In this document: positions 33,077 through 44,335 of the stretch, in pieces
Layout: each line of letters opens with the position of its first letter
Numbering within the stretch: the stretch's first letter is position 1
Sequence record: MT446422.1
DNA length: 64,000 bases
Source of the DNA: Escherichia virus TH57
Strand: one strand, 5' to 3'
The notes under the pieces: generated by a model
Database searches by the model: none
What the model saw: only the letters and a program-made list of their open reading frames with translations
Told to the model about the DNA's origin: nothing
Position numbers and translations under genes: made by a program

Positions 33077-34081
33077 TTAGAATTCAAAAATAATATTTAC
33101 TTCTTCAGTTTGGTCCATTGCACGATAAACAGGTGGCCTGTTTTCCATGTAAATCATTTCACCAGAATGACGACTCAAATCAATAGCATCGTAATATTCT
33201 TTTGTTGCTTTGATGTTCGGGTCATTAGGTGCAGCTTTGATTTCCAGAGGGTTGGCGACAATTGAAATCTGTCGAAAACCTTTGTTACCTGGAAGGCTGA
33301 ATTGAGGGAAATAAATCGAATCCATGAAAGCCTTGAAACGAATTGTATTGCCCTTGATACGATAGATTAAACCATAATCATTTTGCTGCCATGTCAGGTT
33401 ATCTTTGTATCCCCAACGTTCCGGGTCTTCTGCAATTTCTTCTGGCCATGGAACAACGATATATTCGTTTGTACAACGGTTAATGGATACATCAGGCGGA
33501 ATCTCATAGAGATATTCCCAGAGATAACCATCACCCATATCAACACGACCTTCGGTGTCACCAGTCCCAGATGGAGCACGACTGGAAGCATAGTCTGACG
33601 TCCATTTGCCGCCAAGCTTAAGACATTCTTGCTTATTGGTGATGGAATAAATCGAACATGTACCAGATTCAGGAATATCCACGCAACGATAAACCATCCA
33701 ACCTTTACCAACATCAGTTCGGTTATATGGAGCTGTATTACTTACGACAATTTCACCAATCTGAAAGTTCAGCGGGTTAGGATAACGAACATCACCCCAA
33801 TCTTTACGAGGAACCACGCAGTCAAGCATGGATTTATAAACCTTGACTGCGCCCATCATATTGGACCAAACATCTTCAACACCTTGAGCATCATCAACCG
33901 GATAAGGTGGAGCAAAGCCCGGGTCGTTTTCGTTTGCGGCCCATGGTTCTGCACGGCCAAACGTGACATACATTGTATTTTCAGTTGCGCCATCTCCGAT
34001 AGCGCTGTAGAAGTTATACATTTTTTCCGTTCTGAATTTTGATGTAACAATTGAACGGTAAACTACGGTAGAGTTATTCAT
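33077..34081 (-). CDS. 8: baseplate wedge subunit gp8
   Basis: 334 aa, same length as T4 gp8. Confidence 0.9.
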   Translation of the reverse strand: MNNSTVVYRSIVTSKFRTEKMYNFYSAIGDGATENTMYVTFGRAEPWAANENDPGFAPPYPVDDAQGVEDVWSNMMGAVKVYKSMLDCVVPRKDWGDVRYPNPLNFQIGEIVVSNTAPYNRTDVGKGWMVYRCVDIPESGTCSIYSITNKQECLKLGGKWTSDYASSRAPSGTGDTEGRVDMGDGYLWEYLYEIPPDVSINRCTNEYIVVPWPEEIAEDPERWGYKDNLTWQQNDYGLIYRIKGNTIRFKAFMDSIYFPQFSLPGNKGFRQISIVANPLEIKAAPNDPNIKATKEYYDAIDLSRHSGEMIYMENRPPVYRAMDQTEEVNIIFEF

Positions 34082-37000
34082 TTACATTTACCTGTGTAGG
34101 ATTAACCGGGTCTCTTGGATTACCAATATCATCTTTAAGACGTTGGTCAACTAATGCTCTCCAATTTGAGAATGTAACAGCCGACTGGTCAAACAGTGGA
34201 CTATATTTTCCACGACGTTGTGACGGTAACAACCCATAGAACATGGAGAAATCATTCTCGGCATCATAATCGGCTGGTAATGGGAATGGTTGACCAGCAT
34301 TAGGAGCGATGTTATATATTGCTTCACCTGTGATAGGGTTTTTCTCAATAGTACCATCAACACCAATCACTGCAACTCGGTCATTCCATTCTGACGGAAT
34401 ACCAGAAGACCATCTATAGTTACTTAATTTATTAATGATTGTCTCGGTGTGTTTAAGAGTCAAACCAACGTTAACAAACATTGTCAGCAACGTAATACCG
34501 ATGAATCCAAATCCAACCGGGTGAACGAATCGCAAAACATCATTACGATAACGAGAGGTTGGAAGGTTTGACTTAATTGTCATTACGTAATAAGAGCGGT
34601 TACGATTAATATAATCGATGTTGTTGCTCAACAACTCTTTACCACGAACACCTTGCACAATCATCCCCTTGAATGAGGTTCTTTCTGATTTAATTTCTTG
34701 CCCAACAATAAAACGTCCCAGGAGGTTATGAATAGTAATACGCCATCTTAATTTACCGTCTTTATAATCGCGCTCCATATAAGTCACATTACTGCGACCA
34801 GTTGCAGTATAAATGGTTTGGCCTACAATGTCTTCACTGATATTATCAGATTCAACTACGATATCATACTCGGTTCCGTTCTTGGATTCGATGTCAATTT
34901 CAACATCTTCATTATACAGCAATTTGAACAGGAATTTATAAGACGCTTCTGTGCCTTTTGTTGCCCAAAAATCAGACTGTCGGGCCTGGAAGAATCGAAC
35001 AGCTTCGTCACGTTTTTCCTTGGAGAGGTAAATGTTGCGTTTGTACATTTCACTCCAGAGGTATTCCCATGCATCTTCCTCGCGTGGATATTGGTTACGA
35101 ATAAGATTCAACAGGTTGTTATAGTATGTACCAGAACCATCACTGATGAACTGCAAATAATATTCACAGAATTTTTCAAATTTACTATCCTGCAAAAGAT
35201 AGCTATCCGGAACCATCTTCGTTAATAATGGCTGCAGGTCAGGGTCTTTTTCCTTATTCTCATTTTCTGGAGTCCATGGAATATCATGTTCCTGGTTTTG
35301 CAGTTCGGCCATAAGCATAATTTCTTTTGGCTTCCAGATGATACGCACTTCATCGCGCACGCGATAGTCAAACTCAAAATAGCCAATTAATTCCCCAGTA
35401 TTTTTATGAAGCATAATCCCGGAGGCATATTTTTTAAAGCCATTGAATTCGATGTTAGGTGCAGTAATCGTTACTTGACCTTTGTTCCAATATTCATGCA
35501 CGATACGTTCCGGGGAAGTTCCACTAAATGTATCGATGATATACTGGTAAAGAACATCGTTATAGACGACCATTGCTCGGTCTGAAGTCGTAATCCAGCA
35601 ACGAGTATCGTCACGTCTTGACCAGTTAAAGAACGGCTCTGCATAGTAAGTCATACGCCCAGGTTTGAACTCTTCAAAGCCAGAATCTTCGCCAGCTCTG
35701 AAACTCATCATCAGGTAATGCTTATCATGTATCCATTGTTCATCGTAAACGTATTTGACTGCTTCGTTAACTTCATCAGGATATTTAAGAGGAAGTTCAG
35801 TATCAGGCTCAACCGAATATTTGAAGTTGCTGGAGCTAAAGAATACTTCGATGCCATCAGTTGACATGCTTGCATAACCATGTTCGATTCGGCGGCGTTC
35901 TTCTTCTGTATTACCAAAAACTCTCGTCCATGTATCAGTAACAGGGTCTAATTTATAAACACCTTTATCCAGAGAGTCAACAACGTTTTCAGGTTTAGTT
36001 GGGTCTTGTCTTTCTTCTTTAACTTCACCTGTAATTAATGCAAACGTATGGCCTTGAACTGAATCCATTTTATAGCAAACTGCTTTAGGGTTCGCCGTAA
36101 TTGTACTGTAACCAGTTTCAAATAGTTTTTCACCAAAAGTCGGAGACCCTGGGGTTGTATCAATCGGCGCATCAGAGGTTTTTGCTTTATATACACGACC
36201 ACGAGCCGCAACATAAATGAACTCATCCGAAACCGTAATAGCTTCTGCTATTTGCGAAATATATGCCGGAAGTCTTGCATAGTTACCGAAGATTTCAATA
36301 TCAAATCCAAGGTTAATATCCGAACCGACTTTAGCAAATGTAATATCTTCAGAACTGAATCGAACATCATCTGCAGACCATCTTATATCGCTTGATTGGC
36401 GACCATAGAATATACGGTCATACCCCAAAACGTAAGTTGTGGTATCAGTCTGGTAATATACAGTTCTTGATACAGGGTTACCGACCCGCTCGTTAAAGAG
36501 TCTTATGTAATACCAGTTCTGGCCTTTGTCATTGGAGACTTTAACCATCGGCTGGAATCGTTCGAACAAATAAAGAACTCCACCGAGTTCAGCAAGCATC
36601 GTGCGGTTTTGGTCAACACAAACTGCTTGAATCGGTCCCTGGATTTCGTGATATTGGTCTTCTTGTAAAACATAGTTCGAGATTGAAGACAAATGAGAAT
36701 ATGCAGAGGTCCATGTAAAGTCTTCGGTCATCAATGAGGCCATAATAGCATCATTGTTAAAGTTGATATATCTCTGATTGTTATTGGTGAATTTTTCTTC
36801 AATGAATTTATTAGCCAAACTAAATTCGCGCATATGTTCAAAAGTATACGCGTTTGTTGCAAAGGTTTCAAATTCTTCGGTGTATTCCCAATCAGACCGT
36901 TCGAAGCCCATTGCCGCAACAGACACGCGCATCTGATAACTTGTTAACGGACGAATATATTCCTGCTCGAACCATTCATTGTCTGCGGTATAACCAAGGT

Positions 37001-37169
37001 CACGCCAAATTAAATCTCTAGTTGGGATGTGTACTCCATTTTCTGTGATTTGCGCAATCTCCACAAAATAGTAAAAGTTGGAGCCTACATCATCCCATTT
37101 AATACTAACTTGGTTGGCAGATAGTTTATCAATCCGCAAGCTAGTAACAGAAGGGGCTTTAACGGTCAT
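34074..37169 (-). CDS. 7: baseplate wedge initiator gp7
   Basis: 1031 aa vs T4 gp7 1032 aa. Confidence 0.9.
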   Translation of the reverse strand: MTVKAPSVTSLRIDKLSANQVSIKWDDVGSNFYYFVEIAQITENGVHIPTRDLIWRDLGYTADNEWFEQEYIRPLTSYQMRVSVAAMGFERSDWEYTEEFETFATNAYTFEHMREFSLANKFIEEKFTNNNQRYINFNNDAIMASLMTEDFTWTSAYSHLSSISNYVLQEDQYHEIQGPIQAVCVDQNRTMLAELGGVLYLFERFQPMVKVSNDKGQNWYYIRLFNERVGNPVSRTVYYQTDTTTYVLGYDRIFYGRQSSDIRWSADDVRFSSEDITFAKVGSDINLGFDIEIFGNYARLPAYISQIAEAITVSDEFIYVAARGRVYKAKTSDAPIDTTPGSPTFGEKLFETGYSTITANPKAVCYKMDSVQGHTFALITGEVKEERQDPTKPENVVDSLDKGVYKLDPVTDTWTRVFGNTEEERRRIEHGYASMSTDGIEVFFSSSNFKYSVEPDTELPLKYPDEVNEAVKYVYDEQWIHDKHYLMMSFRAGEDSGFEEFKPGRMTYYAEPFFNWSRRDDTRCWITTSDRAMVVYNDVLYQYIIDTFSGTSPERIVHEYWNKGQVTITAPNIEFNGFKKYASGIMLHKNTGELIGYFEFDYRVRDEVRIIWKPKEIMLMAELQNQEHDIPWTPENENKEKDPDLQPLLTKMVPDSYLLQDSKFEKFCEYYLQFISDGSGTYYNNLLNLIRNQYPREEDAWEYLWSEMYKRNIYLSKEKRDEAVRFFQARQSDFWATKGTEASYKFLFKLLYNEDVEIDIESKNGTEYDIVVESDNISEDIVGQTIYTATGRSNVTYMERDYKDGKLRWRITIHNLLGRFIVGQEIKSERTSFKGMIVQGVRGKELLSNNIDYINRNRSYYVMTIKSNLPTSRYRNDVLRFVHPVGFGFIGITLLTMFVNVGLTLKHTETIINKLSNYRWSSGIPSEWNDRVAVIGVDGTIEKNPITGEAIYNIAPNAGQPFPLPADYDAENDFSMFYGLLPSQRRGKYSPLFDQSAVTFSNWRALVDQRLKDDIGNPRDPVNPTQVNVNE

Positions 37170-37197
37170 TAAGATTCCTTAAAGCCTCCGAAGAGGC

Positions 37198-39156
37198 TTA
37201 TAATGTAATTGGTTCTAAATTAATAGTCGTATACTGTGGACGAAGGTCATTTTCGAATACGATAAGCGAACCGTCTTTTGTATAGATATTGTCCTGGACT
37301 GGACCTGCATACAATTCGATTGATTGCACTTCAAAACGTTCAGAAGATAAACCAATTGCAGCGATGTCCCAGAAAATATAATCAGACCAATAATCGATTT
37401 CGCCGATTACAAAGTATTGAGTCTGGTCAGCTGGTGCAGCCATCTTATTAAAGTCAGTACCTGTATAAGGTTGAATATTTGTATTAAGCTGAACATCACC
37501 TGGACGGAACGGACCAATGACCATTTTACCATCACCAGATGAGTTGCGGTCAGTCGCTACAATACGGACGTTATATGAGGTAACAGTATCACTTTGGTTA
37601 GTTGGAACAAATTCGAATTCGCTTGATTCCACAGACCTATTAGTATATTGATTATAATATTTAATGCCTGATTCTGGAGTCTTAAAGAAGTTCAAGACTT
37701 CACGAACCATTGTCACCGTTGCAGACGAACCCAAAATACTATGGTCAGTATTATCCACATAAGTGAGCATTTTCGATTTAGCAAAACTGTGGTTAAACAA
37801 TTCAACTTCATCGATATAATAGCGGTCAATCTGGTTAATGATTTGTGCTTGCAACCACTGTTCAGATTCCTGTAATTTATTCAGCGCATAAGACACTTTG
37901 ATATTGTGTTTAAGGAACAAATAATCAGGAGAAATAACTGATGGTGTAATTGTTGATACGTTGAACTCACTAAGGTAGTTTTTGATGTCCTCACGCTGCA
38001 CTGCGGTGAGATACAAGCCCGATTTAGGCTTAACTGATATAAACGCATACCCAGGTTTATTTGCGTCCGTAAACGTCTGTACGGCTTGTACGATTGAGCC
38101 AAATCTTTCTGATACGAAGGTATCATAATCAGTCCCGGTGACAGCACGCATCTGCGCTTCACGTTTAACTACAGCCAGTTCGCGGATTCGTTCAATATCT
38201 TCCGGGTCACCGCCACCATCAGCTCCAACGTAATCTTTATCGTTATTATAGTTTTCGGTAATCTTGTCAACAGTGATATAAGACAAGGAGTCAGCATAGC
38301 TGAAGTCAACTGCACCATTTGCATCAGCCCCTGATGTGCGAAGATATTCGATAACAATTGTTGAATCCTGTACGGGTTTCAGTCCACCAATATAGTTTGC
38401 TTCCAATACGCCACCGGCAACAGATTTGGTCGATTCACCTTCACCGAAGAAGAATTCGGTATTACCATCAACAGTTTCACGCATATAGAAAATAGTGGAC
38501 GTTGAACCAGCATGAACCATTGATTTGTTTGTCCAGTCAGTCCACTCGATGCCGTTCACAAAAAGCTTAACTTCTTTTCGGTCAATATCCGGGTCACGAA
38601 TAAGAATAGGCTGTTTCGGGTCATACAAAAGTTCGGTACGAATAATGCGGCCTTGTGCAAGGGATACAATCGGCAGATATTGGTTATTAATGTCTTTTAC
38701 CGCGATTACATTATCCGTTGTGACAAACATATAAGGGTCAGCTGATGTATCACGAGCATAAGCCAGGAACTTGGTCCCGCGTGGAATTTCAATATTCGAT
38801 GGTTGGAGAGCATGAGAACATGTTAGCATAACCGAAGTCTTTGCGGCCGAACGTGAAGATGGGAGATAACCATTATCCTGTGCAGCCTGAACAACCGAAG
38901 ACCTTAGGTTTGCAGTTCCGATAAATGATTCATAAACTGCTGTATTAGCAAACTGCTGCATATACAATGTATTATATGCAAGCATATCAATCAGGATATT
39001 CATTCGCGAACCTACGAAATCATAATCCTTAAATTCGTCCTGGCTTGATAGCCAGTCTATAATATTCTTTTTAATTTCTTCAAACGTAGCTCCCACAAAT
39101 ACTTTTGGGATAGCGTTAACGGTTCTTGTTAATTGGTAATTCGTAGGAGTAGCCAT
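37198..39156 (-). CDS. 6: baseplate wedge subunit gp6
   Basis: 652 aa vs T4 gp6 660 aa. Confidence 0.9.
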   Translation of the reverse strand: MATPTNYQLTRTVNAIPKVFVGATFEEIKKNIIDWLSSQDEFKDYDFVGSRMNILIDMLAYNTLYMQQFANTAVYESFIGTANLRSSVVQAAQDNGYLPSSRSAAKTSVMLTCSHALQPSNIEIPRGTKFLAYARDTSADPYMFVTTDNVIAVKDINNQYLPIVSLAQGRIIRTELLYDPKQPILIRDPDIDRKEVKLFVNGIEWTDWTNKSMVHAGSTSTIFYMRETVDGNTEFFFGEGESTKSVAGGVLEANYIGGLKPVQDSTIVIEYLRTSGADANGAVDFSYADSLSYITVDKITENYNNDKDYVGADGGGDPEDIERIRELAVVKREAQMRAVTGTDYDTFVSERFGSIVQAVQTFTDANKPGYAFISVKPKSGLYLTAVQREDIKNYLSEFNVSTITPSVISPDYLFLKHNIKVSYALNKLQESEQWLQAQIINQIDRYYIDEVELFNHSFAKSKMLTYVDNTDHSILGSSATVTMVREVLNFFKTPESGIKYYNQYTNRSVESSEFEFVPTNQSDTVTSYNVRIVATDRNSSGDGKMVIGPFRPGDVQLNTNIQPYTGTDFNKMAAPADQTQYFVIGEIDYWSDYIFWDIAAIGLSSERFEVQSIELYAGPVQDNIYTKDGSLIVFENDLRPQYTTINLEPITL

Positions 39157-39164
39157 TTTATTTC

Positions 39165-39458
39165 CTATTTTATAAAGACTTTTGATGAGGCTTGAGCCAC
39201 AGTATCACCACATGAAATCGGGTCTGCCATTTGAACAGCTTTCTTGCCGGTAACGAATACCTTCGGAGTTCTTGGTTGTGTTACTCCGCCGTGGGTTTCA
39301 TATGGTTTTTTAATTTCGGTATGCTCGGTAATAGGGTCTCCGGCAACTAATACCGGAATTCCCCCGGTGAATACTTTACCTTGAGTTGCATTGATTACAG
39401 TCGGTGGCCAGGCTTCGTGACCTGCTGTAACACATTGATTGAAACTTAATCCAGCCAT
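39165..39458 (-). CDS. 5.4: PAAR-repeat baseplate spike tip protein gp5.4
   Basis: 97 aa, Gly/Pro/His-rich PAAR-like sequence, same length as T4 gp5.4. Confidence 0.8.
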   Translation of the reverse strand: MAGLSFNQCVTAGHEAWPPTVINATQGKVFTGGIPVLVAGDPITEHTEIKKPYETHGGVTQPRTPKVFVTGKKAVQMADPISCGDTVAQASSKVFIK

Positions 39459-39979
39459 TAATCCCTCGCGTATACGTATGAACGCAATTTATCTGCCCAT
39501 CTTGACCAGTTACCGACGATAGTTTTTGTGTAAACTTTTGTCATTGTCTTTCTTACTGGAGCAGGAGGTGGGTCGGTCTCATTACCTGTACGGCTATTAC
39601 TGCCACCAGAGTTCCCTGTGTCTCCACCAGAGCTCTCTTCTTGAAAGTCATAGGTTAGGGTTACCGTGTATGAAAAGACCTTCTGGAGGCTCGCTGGGGC
39701 CCTCCAGAGATACAATTGAGTACTCTTATCTGTAGGAAGGTCTTCCCATGAACCGGCAGTTTTGAATTCATCATTAAGCCGATATTTAAGCGCATCATCT
39801 GCAAATCCGAACACGGATTCATAAACACCGTAAAGATGATTACCCTCAACATTAACGCCAGGGGTGGCCTCATATTCAGTTATATTTATTTCGACTAATG
39901 TTTCGTTTGTTTCTAATTGAGCCGTAAACGTAACATCGATTGAGGCTCCTTCCATGGAGTCTCCTAGGTCAGTGCTCAT
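39458..39979 (-). CDS. hypothetical protein (position of T4 5.1)
   Basis: ORF between gp5 and gp5.4; start uncertain (ORF-track start 40039 overlaps gp5 3' end). Confidence 0.45.
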   Translation of the reverse strand: MSTDLGDSMEGASIDVTFTAQLETNETLVEINITEYEATPGVNVEGNHLYGVYESVFGFADDALKYRLNDEFKTAGSWEDLPTDKSTQLYLWRAPASLQKVFSYTVTLTYDFQEESSGGDTGNSGGSNSRTGNETDPPPAPVRKTMTKVYTKTIVGNWSRWADKLRSYVYARD

Positions 39980-39989
39980 TGGAAGTATA

Positions 39990-41732
39990 TTAGCCAATGT
40001 CAATCCTCGAACCATCAATAGTATATTGACCAGATGCAATTGAACTCATTGTTGACATTGTTTCGGACCAATTGCCAGCCACGGTCATATCAACGTTTCC
40101 ATTAACAGACCATTTGACATTACCATTTACCGTATAATCATGGTTACCTTCGACAAGAGTTTTTGCATCACCTTTAACAGTTATTTCAGCATTACCTTCG
40201 ACAAGAATACTTACATTACCTTTGACGATAATTGTACCATCACCTTCGATAGTTTTGGTTTCATTCCCTCTGATATGAATACTTTCGTTTCCATCGGTCT
40301 GGCGACGAACGTTAGCCATATTGTAATAGGTTTCATCACCGCCAACGTTGACTTTATTATTACCACCAACATAAGTACTCGAATCGCCCTGGGTCATATA
40401 ATAACCATCAGCCACAGTCTTCGAAGTTTTACGGCCATCTGGTGCAACTTCCTCATAGGACCCGGTTGGGTGAATCAGTCGATAACGTTCTTGCCCGGGT
40501 GTATTATCGAATTCCTGAATATGACCGCCTTCAGTTTGCATTGTCTGCACGTAAGGATATTCACCCTTGTAACTTGATTCTGGTTCTTTAAATAGAATCC
40601 TCGTATCTTCTGGAGTCCACGGGTCGGCCGGGTCAGAATTTGTAGGGGCTGCAAAGGTTTGAATCATCCTATAAGAACGGCCATTAAATTCTCTTTCTTT
40701 AGGGGCCATAATACCATATGATTCCATATTACCGGTAAGGATAATCATTGATACCCTTGATGCACGCCCTTTAGTTTGGTTAAACCATACTGAATTGCGA
40801 GCTTCCTCAAATGCCTTCTTATAATCGCCTATTAACATTGCACTAAGCATTCCACGGAATTTAGCCAATCCACCTAATCCCATTTGGAAAGCCATGTTTT
40901 CAAGAGCCATTTGTCTCGAACGGTTTTCTTTATTGTAAACCGGACCTACAACACTATGCTTGCCTATATCGTTTTGGACTTTTTTAAGGTCTTCCTGGAA
41001 TAACTTAGAAGCCTCGTCCATTGATATTGCACCAGGGTTACCTTTAACTTCACGGCCTATTTGATTAGATAATATTTTGTTTATCTGATTCATATCTCTA
41101 ATAGGTTGTGGTGCAATTAAGTGCCCTATACCTATAGTAGGATAACCCTCGGTGTCCCAATATACTTTCAAACGAAGACCTTCATCACGGTGAAGCATAT
41201 TTTCAATTGTGAAATTAGGGTTATCATCTGGTTTAACCTGACTCAAATCAAGACCATCCGGGTTAATACCCAAATCAAGGTTTGCATCTTGTATTACGTT
41301 CGAAGTGGCACCATAACCGACTTCGCCTCCACGGTTAAGCGCAGCAGCATCATTACCTACATAAAGCGGATATTGCCCGGTGGGGTCAGAGAAACCTTCG
41401 TTAGGATTTGCTTTTTGTCTTGAGGCTGAACCATATGTGCCAATGACAAGACCGTTGAGCTTCCACTTGTCTAAAAAGTGACCATACACTTGGGTTCCCG
41501 GGACCATACCAGTCATGGCAGTTTGAATTCCAGAAACCGATGCAGATGATGTTGGCATCAATACTGACATCCAAGGAAGGTCTTCAGTTCTGATACCTTT
41601 TACTGGCCCTTGTGCTTTCTCATATGGATGCATACCCCATACGCGAACACGTACACGACCTTGTTGAAGTGGGTCCATTCGGTCTTCAACAACCCCGACG
41701 AACCAACTTACATTATCTGACATATTAATCAT
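39990..41732 (-). CDS. 5: baseplate hub subunit and tail lysozyme gp5
   Basis: 580 aa; OB-fold N-terminus, T4-lysozyme-like domain (YWDTEGYPTIGIGHLI), C-terminal beta-helix VxGxxxxx repeats. Confidence 0.95.
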   Translation of the reverse strand: MINMSDNVSWFVGVVEDRMDPLQQGRVRVRVWGMHPYEKAQGPVKGIRTEDLPWMSVLMPTSSASVSGIQTAMTGMVPGTQVYGHFLDKWKLNGLVIGTYGSASRQKANPNEGFSDPTGQYPLYVGNDAAALNRGGEVGYGATSNVIQDANLDLGINPDGLDLSQVKPDDNPNFTIENMLHRDEGLRLKVYWDTEGYPTIGIGHLIAPQPIRDMNQINKILSNQIGREVKGNPGAISMDEASKLFQEDLKKVQNDIGKHSVVGPVYNKENRSRQMALENMAFQMGLGGLAKFRGMLSAMLIGDYKKAFEEARNSVWFNQTKGRASRVSMIILTGNMESYGIMAPKEREFNGRSYRMIQTFAAPTNSDPADPWTPEDTRILFKEPESSYKGEYPYVQTMQTEGGHIQEFDNTPGQERYRLIHPTGSYEEVAPDGRKTSKTVADGYYMTQGDSSTYVGGNNKVNVGGDETYYNMANVRRQTDGNESIHIRGNETKTIEGDGTIIVKGNVSILVEGNAEITVKGDAKTLVEGNHDYTVNGNVKWSVNGNVDMTVAGNWSETMSTMSSIASGQYTIDGSRIDIG

Positions 41733-42331
41733 AATGCCTTCTCCATTTCACGGATAAGCGCGGAAATAAATGACTCAATGTCTTCCGGGTCAATTATTTT
41801 TATTTCGCGTTTGTATTCATTTTTACGGATAGCATCTTCATAGATATCCACTGCAGCTAATGGACCTTCATACTGCGGGTATAATTTGTTCTTGTCACCT
41901 TTATCGTACCAAGTGTATGGATTATCAGGATAAGAAACAAGGTTCCAGAACTTCTCGCCGTTTTCATTCACATGATAAAGGACCTGGTTACCACCAACAT
42001 TCGAATATTTCTGAATAGATGCCTGGTAAGATGATTCCTGAGAGCCGAGCCAACCATAATAAGGGTCATAGATATCATTGAGCATAAGGAGAACCCAATA
42101 TAGCTGCGTGTTCCCATAGAGCTGATATGCTAATTCTTCAGGTCTCGGAGCTCCTGCGATGTAATAGGTTTTTGGCGTATAATTAGCAGCGACCTTATCG
42201 AAATAAGCACGGTAGTTTCTGAAGATATCAGTCATTGGAATGCTTAAGACGTCTTCTTTCGTCAATGATGCTGAATTTTTTCTGATTGTTTTTGCATCAT
42301 AATCAATTGGGTTAAAAAATGAAAAAAGCAT
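41729..42331 (-). CDS. 53: baseplate wedge subunit gp53
   Basis: about 200 aa from ATG at 42331 preceded by GGAGG; divergent from gene 4 as in T4. Confidence 0.75.
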   Translation of the reverse strand: MLFSFFNPIDYDAKTIRKNSASLTKEDVLSIPMTDIFRNYRAYFDKVAANYTPKTYYIAGAPRPEELAYQLYGNTQLYWVLLMLNDIYDPYYGWLGSQESSYQASIQKYSNVGGNQVLYHVNENGEKFWNLVSYPDNPYTWYDKGDKNKLYPQYEGPLAAVDIYEDAIRKNEYKREIKIIDPEDIESFISALIREMEKAL

Positions 42332-42340
42332 AAAGCCTCC

Positions 42341-42351
42341 ATTTATAAATA
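42341..42351. promoter_or_regulatory. palindromic late promoter region shared by divergent genes 53 and 4
   Basis: ATTTATAAAT palindrome gives TATAAATA on plus strand (42344..42351) and TATAAAT on minus. Confidence 0.5.
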
Positions 42352-42379
42352 AGTATATCAATATTTATTAGGAGGCTAT

Positions 42380-42829
42380 ATGGCATACTCCGGGAAATTT
42401 AAGCCCACTAATATAGAAAAATATAAGGGCGACTGGAAGAAAATACAATACCGGTCAAGCTGGGAGGCTTGGTTGATGAGATGGCTCGACAACCATCCGA
42501 ACGTTGTTCAATGGGGCTCTGAGACTGTGATTATTCCATACTTCTGCAATGCTGAAGGTAAAAAGCGCAGATATTATATGGATTTCTGGGTTAAGTTTGA
42601 TACAGGGCAACAGTTCTTTTTTGAAGTTAAGCCATTAAAAGAAACAAGACCTCCAACCAAACCGGTTAATAATACCGCCGCGAGTAAAAAGAGATTTATT
42701 AACGAGATGTACACTTGGAGCGTTAACTCTGACAAATGGAAAGCTGCACAAGCTACCGCAGATAAAATGGGTATAACGTTCAGGATAATCACTGAAAACT
42801 CACTGAAAAAATTAGGATGGAAAGGATGA
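42380..42829 (+). CDS. 4: head completion protein gp4
   Basis: 149 aa vs T4 gp4 150 aa; RBS AGGAGG. Confidence 0.9.
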   Translation: MAYSGKFKPTNIEKYKGDWKKIQYRSSWEAWLMRWLDNHPNVVQWGSETVIIPYFCNAEGKKRRYYMDFWVKFDTGQQFFFEVKPLKETRPPTKPVNNTAASKKRFINEMYTWSVNSDKWKAAQATADKMGITFRIITENSLKKLGWKG

Positions 42830-43650
42830 GTATTTTTACATTTATCAATGAATCTGTAGATAAACCAGGGCCAAAACCCAGTAAATCCGAACAACAATGG
42901 GTTGAGATAGGGGTTGAATTTTATACAGCAAAAGAAAAAGGAATGACCTCGAAGAAGTTTGCTGAAGAGAAAGGAATCAACTATTCGACCTTTACCAAAA
43001 GCATGTCAAGATACAATTCGAGAATTCAGACTGCTTATAAAGTATCCAAACTCAAAAAGAAACCTGCTGGTAAACTTACGAAGGCAGAACGCCAGCTGAT
43101 AATGGTGAATAGTTTTAGGAAGAGCATAAGAGATAAGATTGCCAACGAAGGCGCTGCAAGCAACACCAAATCTGCCAGATGGTTCGCAGAGACAATTAAG
43201 AAATCAGTTCGCGGACACGTAACGGCTAAACCTCAACCAGGTAAACTTTATGCTTATATCTATGATGCAAAGCATAAGGATACTCTTCCATACTGGGACA
43301 AATATCCGTTAATTATTTATCTTGGTCTAGGTAAGCATAATTTGATGTACGGTTTGAACTTGCACTATATTCCACCGAAGGCACGTCAAGAGTTCCTTGA
43401 GGAACTTCTTAAGCAATATGCTAATACTCCTACGATTACAAACAAGACTCATCTGAAGATTGATTGGTCAAAGGTGAAGGGATTTAAAGGGGCTGACCAG
43501 ATGATTAAAGCATATATACCTGGCAATATAAAAGGTACTATCACTGAAATCAAGCCCAGCGACTGGGCAAACGTTGTTATGCTTCCGTTGCAACAATTTA
43601 TGTCGAAAGGCAAAAGATTCTCTTCCCAGAAAGTATGGAGAAATTCATAA
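42826..43650 (+). CDS. 2: DNA end protector protein gp2
   Basis: start at [10 protein letters not shown] gives 274 aa, same as T4 gp2. Confidence 0.85.
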   Translation: MSIFTFINESVDKPGPKPSKSEQQWVEIGVEFYTAKEKGMTSKKFAEEKGINYSTFTKSMSRYNSRIQTAYKVSKLKKKPAGKLTKAERQLIMVNSFRKSIRDKIANEGAASNTKSARWFAETIKKSVRGHVTAKPQPGKLYAYIYDAKHKDTLPYWDKYPLIIYLGLGKHNLMYGLNLHYIPPKARQEFLEELLKQYANTPTITNKTHLKIDWSKVKGFKGADQMIKAYIPGNIKGTITEIKPSDWANVVMLPLQQFMSKGKRFSSQKVWRNS

Positions 43651-43685
43651 TCTATTATCGGTCAGTGTTATTGGTAAGGACAAAA

Positions 43686-43725
43686 GGTCTAGAACCATTA
43701 TAACACTGATTGTTTTAAAGCAAAC
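43686..43725 (-). promoter_or_regulatory. MotA-box middle promoter-like cassette in antisense orientation to gene 2
   Basis: minus strand reads TGCTTTA, 13-nt spacer, TATAAT, GGTTCTAGACC; same cassette as upstream of uvsY and rnlB. Confidence 0.4.
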
Positions 43726-43735
43726 AAGGTGCACT

Positions 43736-44335
43736 ATGTCAGGTTTATATAATCAAACTAACACGACTAACTTTATATTAGAGGTAAGCGATTCAAACCT
43801 CACACAGACCTTTAAACTCAACGTTCAAGACGTTACCCTCCCTGGAGTTCACATCCCTGTGACAGATGTCCCTGGGGGAACACAAGGTATAAATCGCTCC
43901 AGTCTTCCTGGTAGTACAATAGAATTCGACCCACTGATTGTCAACTTTCTGTGTGACAAAGACCTAAGAGCGTGGCTTGACATCTATAAATGGATGCTCT
44001 CGCTCAACAACTACATCACACACGAATCAAAAGCATGGCATCCGAAGGGTCGTCCCGAAGCGGTCACGCTTCATATCTTAGATAACAACAAGGACAAAAT
44101 TGTCATGTCAATCCATTACTATGGAGCATGGCCGTCCGACCTGTCAGAGATTCAGTATTCATATAAAGAAGATTCTGACCCTGCCATCAACGCAACAGCA
44201 ACTTTCAACTTCAAGTCTTTTGCTGTAGAAATTGATGGTATAATAATAGAAGGTAGACCACAGATTGATAGCAATGCAGCAATGCAACAGGAAATCAGGT
44301 CTAAGTCAATGCATCCATCTATGAGAAACATATGA
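43736..44335 (+). CDS. 3: tail completion and sheath stabilizer protein gp3
   Basis: position between 2 and 1 as in T4; about 199 aa from first ATG, start uncertain. Confidence 0.7.
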   Translation: MSGLYNQTNTTNFILEVSDSNLTQTFKLNVQDVTLPGVHIPVTDVPGGTQGINRSSLPGSTIEFDPLIVNFLCDKDLRAWLDIYKWMLSLNNYITHESKAWHPKGRPEAVTLHILDNNKDKIVMSIHYYGAWPSDLSEIQYSYKEDSDPAINATATFNFKSFAVEIDGIIIEGRPQIDSNAAMQQEIRSKSMHPSMRNI

